64,000 bases of DNA. It comes from Methanobacteriota archaeon (lineage in GTDB: Archaea; Halobacteriota; Bog-38; Methanoflorentales; Methanoflorentaceae). A program made the translations under genes and the position numbers. The stretch lies in assembly GCA_963701995.1 (NCBI GenBank), contig OY969693.1, positions 901,050-965,049 on the forward strand, given 5' to 3'. This document shows positions 49,438-59,500 of the stretch, piece after piece. The notes under the pieces are model-generated. The model saw only the letters and a program-made list of their open reading frames with translations. It was not told where the DNA came from and made no database searches. Positions within the stretch are counted from its first letter, which is position 1. The number at the start of each line of letters is the position of its first letter.

Positions 49438-50769
49438 ATGGCAGAAACGAAGGACAAAGACTATGTTGTAGCCCAAGTCGAAGAACAGGACATCAAGTTC
49501 ATTCGACTCTGGTTTACGGACATCCTCGGCGCTCTGAAAAGCTTTGCAATAACAAGCGACGAGCTCGAAGGGGCTCTCGATGAAGGAATGGGCTTCGATG
49601 GCTCCTCAATCATCGGCTATCAAACGATTGAGGAGTCAGATATGATTGCGAAGCCCGATCCCAGCACCTTTGCGATATTGCCTTGGCGGCCAAAAGAAAA
49701 GGGTGTCGCACGAATCATCTGTGACGTGCTTGAACCGTCGGGGAGGCCATATGAGGGGGATCCCAGGTACGTCCTAAAAAGAAATCTCCAGCGAGCAGAG
49801 AAGAAAGGCCTCACATTCAACATTGGGCCGGAACTTGAGTATTTCTATTTTGCAAACAATCAATGCGCCGATATCATTGATACCGGCGGGTACTTCGATC
49901 TTACCCCCTTGGATCAGGCGACTGACCTTCGGAGAGACACGATATTTGCGCTGCAAGACATGGGCATTCATGTCGAGTATAGTCACCACGAGGTTGGCCC
50001 TAGCCAACACGAGATTGATCTCCGCTACGCGGACGCTTTGACCATGTCTGACAGCGTCATGACGTACCGCCTCGTCGTTAAGGAGATCGCGCTCCGGGCA
50101 GGCTACTATGCCACGTTTATGCCGAAGCCCATACTTGGTGAGAACGGAAGCGGCATGCATACGCACCAATCACTGTTTAGGGGAAAGAAGAATGCATTTT
50201 TCGACCCCAATGACATGTACCATCTGTCAGACCTGGGTAAAGGATTCATTGCGGGGCAGTTGAAGCACGTAAACGAATTCTGTCTCGTCATGAGCCAATG
50301 GGTGAACTCGTACAAGCGACTCGTCCCCGGCTATGAAGCGCCTGTTTACATCTCGTGGGCGCGGCGAAATAGATCCGCACTGATAAGAGTGCCAATGTAT
50401 AAGCCCGGAAACGAGCTCGCAACGAGAGCGGAGCTGCGTTGCCCCGATCCGGCCTGTAATCCCTATCTCACCTTTGCAGTGATGCTCGCAAGCGGGCTCG
50501 ACGGAATCGAAAAGGGCTACGACCTCCCTGACCCCGTTGAGAAGGACATCTTCAAAATGACGCCGCAACAGCTCGATGCGCACGGCATTGGCTCACTCCC
50601 CGAGAACTTGGGACTTGCCATAAAAGAGACCGAGAACTCTGAACTCGTGCGACGCGCACTCGGCAATCACGTCTTTGACCGCTTCATCCAACTCAAAAAG
50701 AAAGAGTGGGAGGAGTATCGCATCCAGGTGTCGGAGTACGAGATCGGACGGTACCTGCCTGTTTTGTAA
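49438..50769 (+). CDS. glnA: glutamine synthetase type I
   Basis: FTDILG.LK, FDGSSI, GPELEYF, HHEV..SQHEI, FMPKP..G.NGSGMH.HQS, NSYKRLVPGYEAP, ELRCPDP. Confidence 0.97.
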   Translation: MAETKDKDYVVAQVEEQDIKFIRLWFTDILGALKSFAITSDELEGALDEGMGFDGSSIIGYQTIEESDMIAKPDPSTFAILPWRPKEKGVARIICDVLEPSGRPYEGDPRYVLKRNLQRAEKKGLTFNIGPELEYFYFANNQCADIIDTGGYFDLTPLDQATDLRRDTIFALQDMGIHVEYSHHEVGPSQHEIDLRYADALTMSDSVMTYRLVVKEIALRAGYYATFMPKPILGENGSGMHTHQSLFRGKKNAFFDPNDMYHLSDLGKGFIAGQLKHVNEFCLVMSQWVNSYKRLVPGYEAPVYISWARRNRSALIRVPMYKPGNELATRAELRCPDPACNPYLTFAVMLASGLDGIEKGYDLPDPVEKDIFKMTPQQLDAHGIGSLPENLGLAIKETENSELVRRALGNHVFDRFIQLKKKEWEEYRIQVSEYEIGRYLPVL

Positions 50770-50837
50770 AGAGCGTTTTGGGGCGGAGAACTGGCGGGCT
50801 GTTCCGCTCTGATCGCTTTTTTTTTGTTCTTTGTTCT

Positions 50838-51524
50838 CTATCGGACGAGATCGACCGGGATTATCTCTTCGTGAATCGCCGTCGAAAGAATAACGCCGGC
50901 AGCGCCGAGATCTTCGAGCGTATCCAAGTCTTCACTGTTCTTTATTCCGCCAGCGACAACAATTGGATGTCCCGAAACGTCGATCACCCTCTCTATGAAA
51001 TCAAAGTCGACCCCGTGCTTCGTTCCCACCAGGTTGATGTTCAGTACGAGCAGTTCGCTCATCTTGTAAAGGTTCATCTTCTCGATAACCTCGAGAGGAT
51101 CTCCGGAAAGTGCTGGATCGGGGGATATTGCGCTTCCCTCCCTGATGTCGATGCTAACGGCGATCCGCATCGATTGAGCTGCTCGAATCACGTCGAGGCG
51201 GCCCGTTTCGGTGCCAATTATCGCTGTATCACCGATTCGCTCGGCCTCTCGGACGTCATCGAGCCGCCGGATCCCTATGTCAATGAGGGTTTTTGTGCGT
51301 GCGCCTATGCGTTGGATAATGAGTGAGTTGCTACCCCAACCGAGGATCCGATCGAGATCCGCGATGTACGTCCTCCTCGGCTTAATGGCGTCAACGACAT
51401 TTAGCGGATCTGATGTCGTGCAGATCTTACTATGGCGTTCAATGGGTTCATATCGTTCTCGATCGCCTTTGTAGCCTTTTACGACGACTCCGCCTCGAAT
51501 GTCCATTGCAAAGATAATATCCAT
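50838..51524 (-). CDS. HisA/HisF-related TIM-barrel protein (methanogen hisAF-related family)
   Basis: D...G.VV.G..G.RE.Y.P, YIADLD.I, IIGTET, VGT..G.D, VAGGI; GAGGAG RBS fixes start at ATG 51524. Confidence 0.85.
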   Translation of the reverse strand: MDIIFAMDIRGGVVVKGYKGDRERYEPIERHSKICTTSDPLNVVDAIKPRRTYIADLDRILGWGSNSLIIQRIGARTKTLIDIGIRRLDDVREAERIGDTAIIGTETGRLDVIRAAQSMRIAVSIDIREGSAISPDPALSGDPLEVIEKMNLYKMSELLVLNINLVGTKHGVDFDFIERVIDVSGHPIVVAGGIKNSEDLDTLEDLGAAGVILSTAIHEEIIPVDLVR

Positions 51525-51672
51525 CGGTTCACTCCTCACTAAGCATATCGTCCGCACGGGAAAAACGTATTGGTCTCGCTTGATTTCGCTGTGGTGAACG
51601 GACTGCGCGGCGGCGGTACACATCAAAACGTCCGCGTGTCGCGGGAAGCACCGCTTGCCGGAACAACAGAGG

Positions 51673-52596
51673 TCAGAGTCGGGCCAAAAGCTCCTGTTTC
51701 TTGGCCGCGAACTCGTCCTCGGTGATGACTCCTTGCTCTTTGAGATCGGCCAAATTACCCAGCAATGTACACGGGTCGGCGGCCTGTCTGCCGGGTTCGC
51801 CCCGTCGTGCTTCGAATGCCTCGGTGAACCCAGCACCGATAATGGCAATTGGAATGGCAAACGTGGCTATGCCTAAGAACATTGCAAAAACTGCCAAGAA
51901 TTGCCCGAGCGCTGTCGTGGGGACGAGATCGCCGTAGCCAACGGTGGTCAGGGTCTGCGCAGCCCACCAGCCAGCAGCAGGAATGCTTGAAAAATCGCGC
52001 GGGTCTGAGCCATGCTCAATAATGAACATGAAACTTGAGAACGTTATCAGCAAGATTAGGTCGATTGCCAGCGCAGTAACGAGCTCGTTTTTTTTCGCTT
52101 TCAGAACATCGGTGACGAATTTGAATACACTGGAGTACGTGAGCAGCTTGAGGATGATGAGGATTATCGCCGCGTTTACGAATACTTCTGTTCCTGGAAA
52201 CAACGGCTTGACATAAAAAGGCACAATGACAAGCAGATTTACGAGCAGGGACGTTGTAAACAGGCATTTTAATCTGCCTTTGATCGGACCTCTGAACCGC
52301 GGATCTACCGTGCACGACCATAAGCGTAGCAGCAGTTCGATGGTAAAAACCGCGATCGCAAAAGCAAACACTGCGGTAAAGAGGCCGTGGTATCGTTGGT
52401 ATATGTCGCTGTAGCTGGCGAGTATGACGACACCTACGAGTAGCCAGATCAATGCTATCAAAAAGAAGCGAACGCGCGTAGCTGTGGAAACATCACGACG
52501 ATGCGCCGCAACGATTCGGGCCTCGCCTACAGAGGCGGGGGCGGGCTGGAAGATTTCATATACACGGCGCTTCAGTTCGTCATTTTGCTTGGACAT
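51673..52596 (-). CDS. 6-TM potassium channel with C-terminal SHOCT domain
   Basis: FTIELLLR.W, F.SIP...WW...TLTTVGYGD..P.T..G filter; C-terminal L.DLKEQGVITEDEF..KK.ELL. Confidence 0.88.
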   Translation of the reverse strand: MSKQNDELKRRVYEIFQPAPASVGEARIVAAHRRDVSTATRVRFFLIALIWLLVGVVILASYSDIYQRYHGLFTAVFAFAIAVFTIELLLRLWSCTVDPRFRGPIKGRLKCLFTTSLLVNLLVIVPFYVKPLFPGTEVFVNAAIILIILKLLTYSSVFKFVTDVLKAKKNELVTALAIDLILLITFSSFMFIIEHGSDPRDFSSIPAAGWWAAQTLTTVGYGDLVPTTALGQFLAVFAMFLGIATFAIPIAIIGAGFTEAFEARRGEPGRQAADPCTLLGNLADLKEQGVITEDEFAAKKQELLARL

Positions 52597-52769
52597 GCCC
52601 GGCTTCGAGGTTCTGAATCGAGATAGTGCACCTCAATAGTGAACGTCAATTTGCATATAAATGCGTTGTGATCTTCCACGAGCGCTGTTCCGTGATCTAG
52701 AGTCGCGGGCCGCGGCAGTTGTCAACACATTGACGTTCTGAGTTGATCACCTGTTAAAAAGTCAAGCTT

Positions 52770-53597
52770 GAGGTATGGCATTCACGGACGAAGAGGCGTA
52801 TGAAGATTTAGGTGTCGGGTAAGAGCTGCAACAAGAAGTTCACACTCGAATTTGAGGCTGGCTTTGAGAAGATGCAAGTCGTCAAAGATGGTGACGGTCT
52901 TTAGACCTCTTACTTTTAAGGAACGTCGCTAAGGAAGATTGTAGACCACCTTGAGCAGTTCTGCGAGCGAAAAGTAGACCACACAACCGTTCTTTATTGG
53001 GTGAAGAAGTACAGCGCGATAATCAGTCAATATGCTGAAACGCTCTCGCCTCAATTAGGTGGTATTTGGCACGCTGACGAAATGAAGGTCAAAACAAAGC
53101 GGGATGAATGGTCGTGGCTATGGCACGTTATGGACAGCGAGACGCGGTTTATGGTGGCAAATCTCGTTACCAAGAAGCGTGAGGTGCAGGATGCTCAAGA
53201 GCTGTTCAAGGAGGCAAGAGAAGCGGGTAAGCCGGAATTCCTCATCACTGACGGCTTGCAGTCGTATCACAAGGCGTTCAACAAGGAGTTTTACGACCAC
53301 CACCAAGAGAGCGAGCACGTTGTGGCTGAGGGGTTGACGGCGCGGAGTAATAATAACAAGGTCGAACGCTTGCACAATACGGTCAGAGAACGCGTTAAGG
53401 TAATGAGAGGGCTGCACAGCGACAAGTCGGCTGCGGTGTTTAATGATGGGTTCAAAGCCTATTACAACTTCGTGAGGCCGAATCAGGCTCTAAAGGGGAA
53501 AACGCCTGCCGAAGTAGCGGGGGTAGATTTGGAATTGGGAGAAAACAAGTGGTTGGGGCTGTTGAAGAAGGCGATGGAGAATGCGAAGGGGTTATAG
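52770..53597 (+). mobile_element. IS6-like (DDE) transposase, N-terminus frameshifted (pseudogene)
   Basis: Intact core WHADE, W.W.VMD..TRF, ITDGL.SY, NN.VER.H, Y..YNF.R...L.G.TPA; upstream KSCNKKF..GFEKM and SLRKIVDHL..VDHTTV..W fragments lie in different frames with stops. Confidence 0.82.
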
Positions 53598-53598
53598 T

Positions 53599-54540
53599 TC
53601 AGTTTGGCAATTTTGAATCTAGGTATTTGTACAGCACGTCTGGGAAGTCTTGTCGCTCTAATACATTTGGGAAAATTGCGAAGTTCTCTTTGTCGTACCT
53701 GCGGATTTTTTGAAACCTTTCGCCGTGTCCGATAATAATAGCGCCAAATTGGGCCCCATAAAGATGCATGCTTCCGTAAAACGCTCTTACGTCTTTCCAC
53801 CCAAATTTCTTGTCCATTTTGCATTCAATGAGTGCCAATGGGCGCTCTTCGTGCTGGATTAGGCAATCAAGTTGCCCTATTGAATCACAGTCAAGGCAAG
53901 ATTCTTTAGTTATTCCCTCGAGGGTTTCTAAATCAACTGCTTCGAGGTCCACTACTTCTACGTTTTGATAAACCTCATAACTAGTGTGCGCCAAATGCTC
54001 TTTTATCAGAGCATAGGTCCACAGTTCAAGCATCTTGCCTATGTTATCTGACTTAATCCACGGCTCATATAGGACGTCTGCGATTTTATAAAAAGTTCCA
54101 TAGACTTCTGTTGCTTGTTTTGAATCTCGCTCAGCATGAATAAGGGTAAGCTCACCATTATAATCAGCAACGTAGGACTGAGGTTTAAAAATCCCTAAAT
54201 CACACGCGTCAGTACATAAATTCTCAAATGCGATGTTATTTTTGCCGCAAACTGCACTTGCGGTGCGTCGCATTTTCTCAAAAAAATCCAGAAATTCGTG
54301 TCCGGTCTTTTTGCAATATATCTCAGGGAAAACCTTCAAGGACTCCACAAGTTCACAGAGTCCCTTATCAGTGCTAAAAAGGTTGCCAAAAACCTCTCCG
54401 ATAAATAATTTTCTGAGGTTGATGTCAGCTTCCAACTTTTTCGAAAGCTTCAAAAAGCAACCTTCGGTTAGTTCTTTCTCTTCCGGGCTAGGCAGAAATT
54501 TCCATTTGACCTTGCTTTGGACAGTATTTCTTGTAGACAT
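53599..54540 (-). CDS. PD-(D/E)xK restriction-endonuclease-like protein (Mrr/Card1-like C-terminal nuclease)
   Basis: GKMLELWTY...VYQNVEV...QLDCLI...LIECK...DVRAFYG...AQFGAII; unrecognised N-terminal ~160 aa. Confidence 0.72.
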   Translation of the reverse strand: MSTRNTVQSKVKWKFLPSPEEKELTEGCFLKLSKKLEADINLRKLFIGEVFGNLFSTDKGLCELVESLKVFPEIYCKKTGHEFLDFFEKMRRTASAVCGKNNIAFENLCTDACDLGIFKPQSYVADYNGELTLIHAERDSKQATEVYGTFYKIADVLYEPWIKSDNIGKMLELWTYALIKEHLAHTSYEVYQNVEVVDLEAVDLETLEGITKESCLDCDSIGQLDCLIQHEERPLALIECKMDKKFGWKDVRAFYGSMHLYGAQFGAIIIGHGERFQKIRRYDKENFAIFPNVLERQDFPDVLYKYLDSKLPN

Positions 54541-54916
54541 ATGCCAGTATCAGGTCAAGGCGCGTCCTACTGAGCTTTTTCAGCGTTTCGAGAGATTGTT
54601 CGTCAGTGATGTATCGGTCTGAGATACCTACCTCCTCTGACCTAGACAAACTGTACGAGTATTTGATATAATCTCCGAGTTGCTCCTTCTCTTCTATGAC
54701 ATCGCCGTGCAACATAAGCGTCTCTATAACATCAGCCAAATCTGGCGAATATGGCCCGTAATAGTGCCTCGAAAAATCGAAAGACTTGCGGAGCCCGAGC
54801 TCCTGCTGTCCTAAAAAAATCATTTTCTGAAAACGAGTCCGCCCTTCAATCTTTCCTACCTGTTTCAACACGGAAAGCACTAGCTCGCTTTTTTTTTCGA
54901 AGTCTTCTTCGCTCAT
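54488..54916 (-). CDS. Panacea/SocA (DUF4065/YwgA-like) antitoxin-family protein
   Basis: GKIEGRTRFQKMIFL...FDF..HYYGPYS.DL...L...G...E....Y.Y.L; GGAGGTGA RBS places start at ATG 54916. Confidence 0.78.
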   Translation of the reverse strand: MSEEDFEKKSELVLSVLKQVGKIEGRTRFQKMIFLGQQELGLRKSFDFSRHYYGPYSPDLADVIETLMLHGDVIEEKEQLGDYIKYSYSLSRSEEVGISDRYITDEQSLETLKKLSRTRLDLILAYVYKKYCPKQGQMEISA

Positions 54917-55201
54917 GTGCACCGTGTCACCTCCACCACAAGCTTGCGAATTAGGCTCGTTGCGTGATGTTGACCGCGAGGGTATATACATCTTCCTCCC
55001 TGAACGCACTAGGCTTGCAAGAAGCCGCCAACCCTTTCTTAACAACCCATTTTTAACAACGCTCATTTTAACAGCACCTTTCTTAGAAACAGTTAATGCT
55101 AATCACGCTAAATCGTTGGCGGGGCAGTGACTCTCTAGTTTCAAGGGGCTATTCTTTCCCCCGACTTCTCCTTCCCAGAGGGTCAATGCTCTTTTGGGTT
55201 T

Positions 55202-55254
55202 TTCACCGGTTCACCAACCGCTTTTTCACCACTTGATTTCACCGGAGTTTCACC
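55202..55254. repeat. five TTCACC hexamers within 53 bp
   Basis: TTCACC at 55202, 55210, 55225, 55238 and 55249. Confidence 0.7.
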
Positions 55255-55267
55255 AGAGCCGATTTGA

Positions 55268-55305
55268 CTAACTTTTATATAGAATTGAAACTAACTATAA
55301 GTTAG
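55268..55305 (+). promoter_or_regulatory. heat-shock operon promoter with HSR1-type operator CTAAC-N5-GTTAG (55291-55305)
   Basis: CTAACTATAAGTTAG lies just downstream of TTTATAT (55274-55280); extra CTAAC half-site at 55268. Confidence 0.85.
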
Positions 55306-55346
55306 TGTTACGATCCATCCCGACCGTGACACGCTAAGAAAGAGCG

Positions 55347-56000
55347 ATGGACGAAGCAGCACTCCTTGACATTCTCGGCAATGAAAATCGCCGCAATATC
55401 TTGAAGCTCCTTTCGCTGCGGCCTTTTTACGTGACCGAGATCTCGGAAAGACTTCACGTGGCGCCCAAGGCCGTGATCAGCCATCTGAGCATGCTCGAGC
55501 AGGCTGGCATCATCGCGTTTTTTGTCGACGAGCGAAGGCGGAAGTACTTCCACATCGCCGATAACGTGCTGCTTGAGATTCAAATCTCTCCGTTCAGCTA
55601 TGGCGTTGAGACTGCGAACCCTGGACAGAAGGAACCAAGCGTTATTGAGTTCTCAACTCCGATAGGCGAGATACAACTCAAGACGCGAAGTCTAGGCGAC
55701 GTAGCTGAGACACTCGACAGCCTTAGAAGGGCAAACCGCGAACTGATGGGGGCCCAGCGAAGGGTACAAGAGTTGGTGAATGAAGTGATGGAACGTGGCG
55801 CGCGGAAGATCGACCGAATATCGCAAGACTTCATTGAATATGACATCCTCTCGCTGCTGCTTACCGGGCCGAAGACTGCCCATCAGCTGTCAGCAGGGCT
55901 CGCGATACCCGCCCAGATATTGTCAGAGCGCCTTCGCGACCTCGAAAAACGAGAGAAAATCAGAAGAATAGATGCAAAGACGTACTGGCTAGCGAGGTAG
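55347..56000 (+). CDS. ArsR-like heat-shock regulator (HSR1/Phr type)
   Basis: LLDILGNENRR.IL.LL..RP.YVTEISE.L.V.PKAV..HL..LE.AG, RRKYF; first gene of the cdc48-hsp20 operon. Confidence 0.88.
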   Translation: MDEAALLDILGNENRRNILKLLSLRPFYVTEISERLHVAPKAVISHLSMLEQAGIIAFFVDERRRKYFHIADNVLLEIQISPFSYGVETANPGQKEPSVIEFSTPIGEIQLKTRSLGDVAETLDSLRRANRELMGAQRRVQELVNEVMERGARKIDRISQDFIEYDILSLLLTGPKTAHQLSAGLAIPAQILSERLRDLEKREKIRRIDAKTYWLAR

Positions 56001-56052
56001 GGAGATAAGCTCATCAACGCATCACACACACGAAATAGGAGACAATTGAAAA

Positions 56053-58293
56053 ATGGCAGAAGAAATAACGCTTAAAGTCGTCGAGGCGTACCATCGCGAC
56101 GCGGGAAGGGGTATCGCCCGAATCGACATGGATACCATGCGACAACTCGGGCTCGTAAGCGGGGACATTATCGAGATAACGGGCCGCAACAGAGCAGCCG
56201 CCGTGGTGTGGCCGGCATACCCAGAAGACCGAGGCCTCGGCATCATCAGAATCGATGGTAACATTCGCGGTAACGCACACGTGGGCATCGACGACAAGGT
56301 CGTCATTAAAAAGGCAAAATCGAATCCGGCCGTGAAGATCACGCTGGCCCCCACCCAGCCGGTGCGTATCGTCGGCGGGGAGGACTATCTCATGCGATTC
56401 CTCGAGGGGCGTCCGGTGCAGAAGGGCGAGACGCTCCGGGTCGAAATGCTGGGCAATCCGATAACCTTTGTGATCACCGCCACCCAGCCAGCAGGCATCG
56501 TTATCGCTGGGAAGAGTACGCAAGTAACGCTTAAAGAAAAGCCGACGGTGGCGGCGGAACGTTCGATTTCTCACGTCACCTACGAAGATATCGGCGGCCT
56601 CAAACGAGAGCTCGCCCTGGTTCGAGAAATGATTGAGTTGCCGCTGCGGCACCCAGAACTATTCCAAAAGCTCGGCATCGACCCGCCAAAAGGCGTCTTG
56701 CTCTACGGCCCACCAGGCACGGGAAAGACACTCATCGCGAAGGCCGTCGCGAACGAGACGGACGCCTACTTCATCAACATCAGCGGCCCGGAGATAATGA
56801 GTAAGTTTTACGGTGAGAGCGAACAGCACCTCCGGGAGCTGTTCAAGGAGGCGTCGGACAATACCCCCGCGATCATTTTTATAGACGAGATCGACGCGAT
56901 CGCACCCAAGCGAAGCGAAGTGACGGGAGAGGTCGAACGGCGCGTCGTCGCCCAACTGCTCGCGCTGATGGATGGCCTTGAGGCACGAGGACAGGTCGTC
57001 GTGATCGCCGCTACCAATCGTCCGGAAGGAATCGACTCCGCGCTGCGCAGGCCCGGTCGATTCGACAGAGAGATCGAAATCGGAGTGCCTGATTCAGCTG
57101 GCCGTCTGCAGATATTACAGGTGCACACTAGGGGCATGCCCATCGCCAGCGACGTGCGTCTGGAGGATCTCGCCCGTACGACGCACGGCTTTGTCGGCGC
57201 TGACCTCGCCGCCTTATCCAAAGAAGCGGCGATGCACGCACTGCGAAAGATCCTTCCCGAGATTGACCTTGAACAAGAGATCCCGCAAGATGTGCTGGAT
57301 AAGCTCGAGGTCACCGCGGAAGACTTCACGAACGTCCGGAAGAACATCGAGCCCTCAGCGATGCGCGAGGTCTTTGTTGAGGCGCCCAACGTGAAGTGGC
57401 AAGACGTCGGGGGGCTTGAAGCGCCCAAACAAGAGCTGATAGAGGCCGTGGAGTGGCCAATAAAATTCGCCGACGCGTTTAGCACGATCAACACGAAGCC
57501 GCCAAAGGGGGTGTTGCTCTTCGGCCCACCGGGGACGGGAAAGACGCTCCTAGCCAAGGCGGTCGCGACGGAAAGCGAAGCCAACTTTATTAGCATAAAG
57601 GGGCCCGAACTGTTGAGCAAGTGGGTGGGCGAGTCGGAAAAAGGCGTGCGCGAGACGTTTCGACGCGCCAAGCAGGTCTCACCGACCATCATCCTGTTCG
57701 ATGAGCTTGACGCGGTAGCACCGACCCGAGGGGCGAGTTCAGACTCGCACGTGACGGAACGTGTAGTGAGCCAACTGCTGACCGAGCTCGATGGCTTAGA
57801 GGAGCTAAAGGACGTGGTGGTGATCGGCGCAACGAATCGGCCCGATATGGTTGATATTGCGCTCCTACGGCCCGGACGACTTGACAGGCTCGTGTACATA
57901 CCGCCGCCAAACGCGTCGAGTCGCGCGCAGATATTTGCAATCCACCTGCGCGGAAAGCCGCTGGCAGACGACGTCGACATCGAGCAGCTCGCCAAAGAGA
58001 CCGATGGGTACGTCGGTGCCGATATCGAAGCAATTTGCAGAGAAGGCGCGATGCTCGCTCTCCGAGGCTTCATCCGAGACGACATGACGCCCGAGCAGGT
58101 GAAGGAGGGCGCGTCGACTATACGGATTACGAAAGCGCATCTGTACGCTGCTATCAATCGGGTTAAGCCAACGGCGTCCCGCGACGTGCTTCACCAGTAT
58201 GAGAAGATCGCAACGGAGTTTGCAAAGTTCTCCGTTACCGAAGAAGAGTCGAAGGAGAAGGGTGCAAAGCCTGAATTTGCAGGGTATGCGTGA
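56053..58293 (+). CDS. cdc48: CDC48/VAT AAA+ ATPase
   Basis: [10 protein letters not shown]-domain, two [11 protein letters not shown] modules, [12 protein letters not shown]-terminal GYA (HbYX-like). Confidence 0.97.
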   Translation: MAEEITLKVVEAYHRDAGRGIARIDMDTMRQLGLVSGDIIEITGRNRAAAVVWPAYPEDRGLGIIRIDGNIRGNAHVGIDDKVVIKKAKSNPAVKITLAPTQPVRIVGGEDYLMRFLEGRPVQKGETLRVEMLGNPITFVITATQPAGIVIAGKSTQVTLKEKPTVAAERSISHVTYEDIGGLKRELALVREMIELPLRHPELFQKLGIDPPKGVLLYGPPGTGKTLIAKAVANETDAYFINISGPEIMSKFYGESEQHLRELFKEASDNTPAIIFIDEIDAIAPKRSEVTGEVERRVVAQLLALMDGLEARGQVVVIAATNRPEGIDSALRRPGRFDREIEIGVPDSAGRLQILQVHTRGMPIASDVRLEDLARTTHGFVGADLAALSKEAAMHALRKILPEIDLEQEIPQDVLDKLEVTAEDFTNVRKNIEPSAMREVFVEAPNVKWQDVGGLEAPKQELIEAVEWPIKFADAFSTINTKPPKGVLLFGPPGTGKTLLAKAVATESEANFISIKGPELLSKWVGESEKGVRETFRRAKQVSPTIILFDELDAVAPTRGASSDSHVTERVVSQLLTELDGLEELKDVVVIGATNRPDMVDIALLRPGRLDRLVYIPPPNASSRAQIFAIHLRGKPLADDVDIEQLAKETDGYVGADIEAICREGAMLALRGFIRDDMTPEQVKEGASTIRITKAHLYAAINRVKPTASRDVLHQYEKIATEFAKFSVTEEESKEKGAKPEFAGYA

Positions 58294-58341
58294 GAAAACA
58301 CATAGAATTAACGGCGTGAAGAAAGAAAAGGAGGCGTAAAA

Positions 58342-58830
58342 ATGGCGAAAAGGCGACGGAGTTTTTTCGATGACTTTTTCGGTGAAGGATTCGATGAGCT
58401 CATGGATAAGATGCTGCGAGACCTGCAGGAAGGGGGGCAACCGAAACCCTTCATTTACGGGTTCTCAATGACGCAGCACCCCGGCGAAGCGCCAGAAGTG
58501 CGAGAATTCGGGAATGTCCAGCCCTTTGGCAGGAGCGTCAAGATGGAGGACGAGAGAAAGCCCCTGATCGACGTTATGGAGACGACGGACGAAGTTCACG
58601 TTATTGCCGAGATGCCCGGCGTGGATCGAACGGACGTGCAGCTCGACACCACAGAGAGCAGACTTGACATCAAAGCCCAAAACGAGTTTAGAAAATACTC
58701 TGAAAGCGTTGAACTCCCTGTCAAGGTTGACCCACACAGCGCGAAGGCAACCTACCGAAATGGCGTTCTTGAGGTGAGGCTGAAACGCGTCCAACCTGAA
58801 GAAGAGAAGTCGCACATTAGCGTCGAATGA
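58342..58830 (+). CDS. hsp20: small heat-shock protein Hsp20
   Basis: PFIYGFS, REFGN, PLIDV.E, AEMPGV, AKATYRNGVLEV, C-terminal I.VE. Confidence 0.95.
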   Translation: MAKRRRSFFDDFFGEGFDELMDKMLRDLQEGGQPKPFIYGFSMTQHPGEAPEVREFGNVQPFGRSVKMEDERKPLIDVMETTDEVHVIAEMPGVDRTDVQLDTTESRLDIKAQNEFRKYSESVELPVKVDPHSAKATYRNGVLEVRLKRVQPEEEKSHISVE

Positions 58831-58845
58831 AGGGGTTCACCCTCT

Positions 58846-59496
58846 TCAAACTTCCTTTTTAATGGCATCGGGCAAGGTGCTTACGTCGCGCAGCACGAAA
58901 TCGGGCTGGGCGCGGATCAGCAACTGACGCGTGGCAAAGCCGCAGAGCACTGCGGCCGTTTTTGTCCCCGCTTTTTTTCCCATAAGGATATCTTCGACCA
59001 TGTCGCCCACGTAGAGCACCTCCGAGGCGACGACGCGCGCTTGTTCTATTGCCATAAGCAAGGTTTCCGGCGCTGGCTTCCCGTGCTCAAATCCGACATC
59101 GTCGCCAAACAACATGGTATCGAAGTACGCCTCGATTCCTTGTTCACTGACCTCGCTCGTCACGCGCTCTCGAGACCCGCCAGAGACGAGGCCAAGCTTC
59201 AAATGCATCTTCTTCAGTTCAAGTAGGGCGTCGGCAGTGCCGTCGAACAGTGCGCACTCCGTGTTGTGTCGCGCGTAGCAGTCCATCCACGCCGCATCTG
59301 CGGTTGCCCAGTCGTCTTCGCGTATCCCCAAGTACAAGTAGTAATCGTGATAGTTGGGACGACTCTCTTGGCGGAACTCTTCGAGGGTTACCTGTGGCAG
59401 ACCGAAGGCGTCCATGACGACTAGATAGCTCTCATAGGTGGGAATGACCGAATTGTAGAGCGTCCCATCCCAGTCGAACATCACTGCTTTAAGCAC
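58846..59496 (-). CDS. HAD-family phosphatase (subfamily IA)
   Basis: FDWDGTL, GLVSG, GKPAP, YVGDMVED motifs. Confidence 0.9.
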   Translation of the reverse strand: MLKAVMFDWDGTLYNSVIPTYESYLVVMDAFGLPQVTLEEFRQESRPNYHDYYLYLGIREDDWATADAAWMDCYARHNTECALFDGTADALLELKKMHLKLGLVSGGSRERVTSEVSEQGIEAYFDTMLFGDDVGFEHGKPAPETLLMAIEQARVVASEVLYVGDMVEDILMGKKAGTKTAAVLCGFATRQLLIRAQPDFVLRDVSTLPDAIKKEV

Positions 59497-59500
59497 GTCC

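Noticed and set aside
51525-51860. N-terminal extension of the HisA-like ORF
   Set aside because: It overlaps the K+ channel gene in another frame; RBS and motifs place the start at 51524.
54917-55066. N-terminal extension of the SocA-like ORF
   Set aside because: A strong GGAGGTGA RBS precedes ATG 54916 and the upstream translation is not protein-like.
56808-58157. 449-aa antisense ORF, and similar long antisense ORFs over fdhA, atwA and DUF711
   Set aside because: Shadow frames of well-conserved genes, with Ser/Arg-rich non-protein-like composition.
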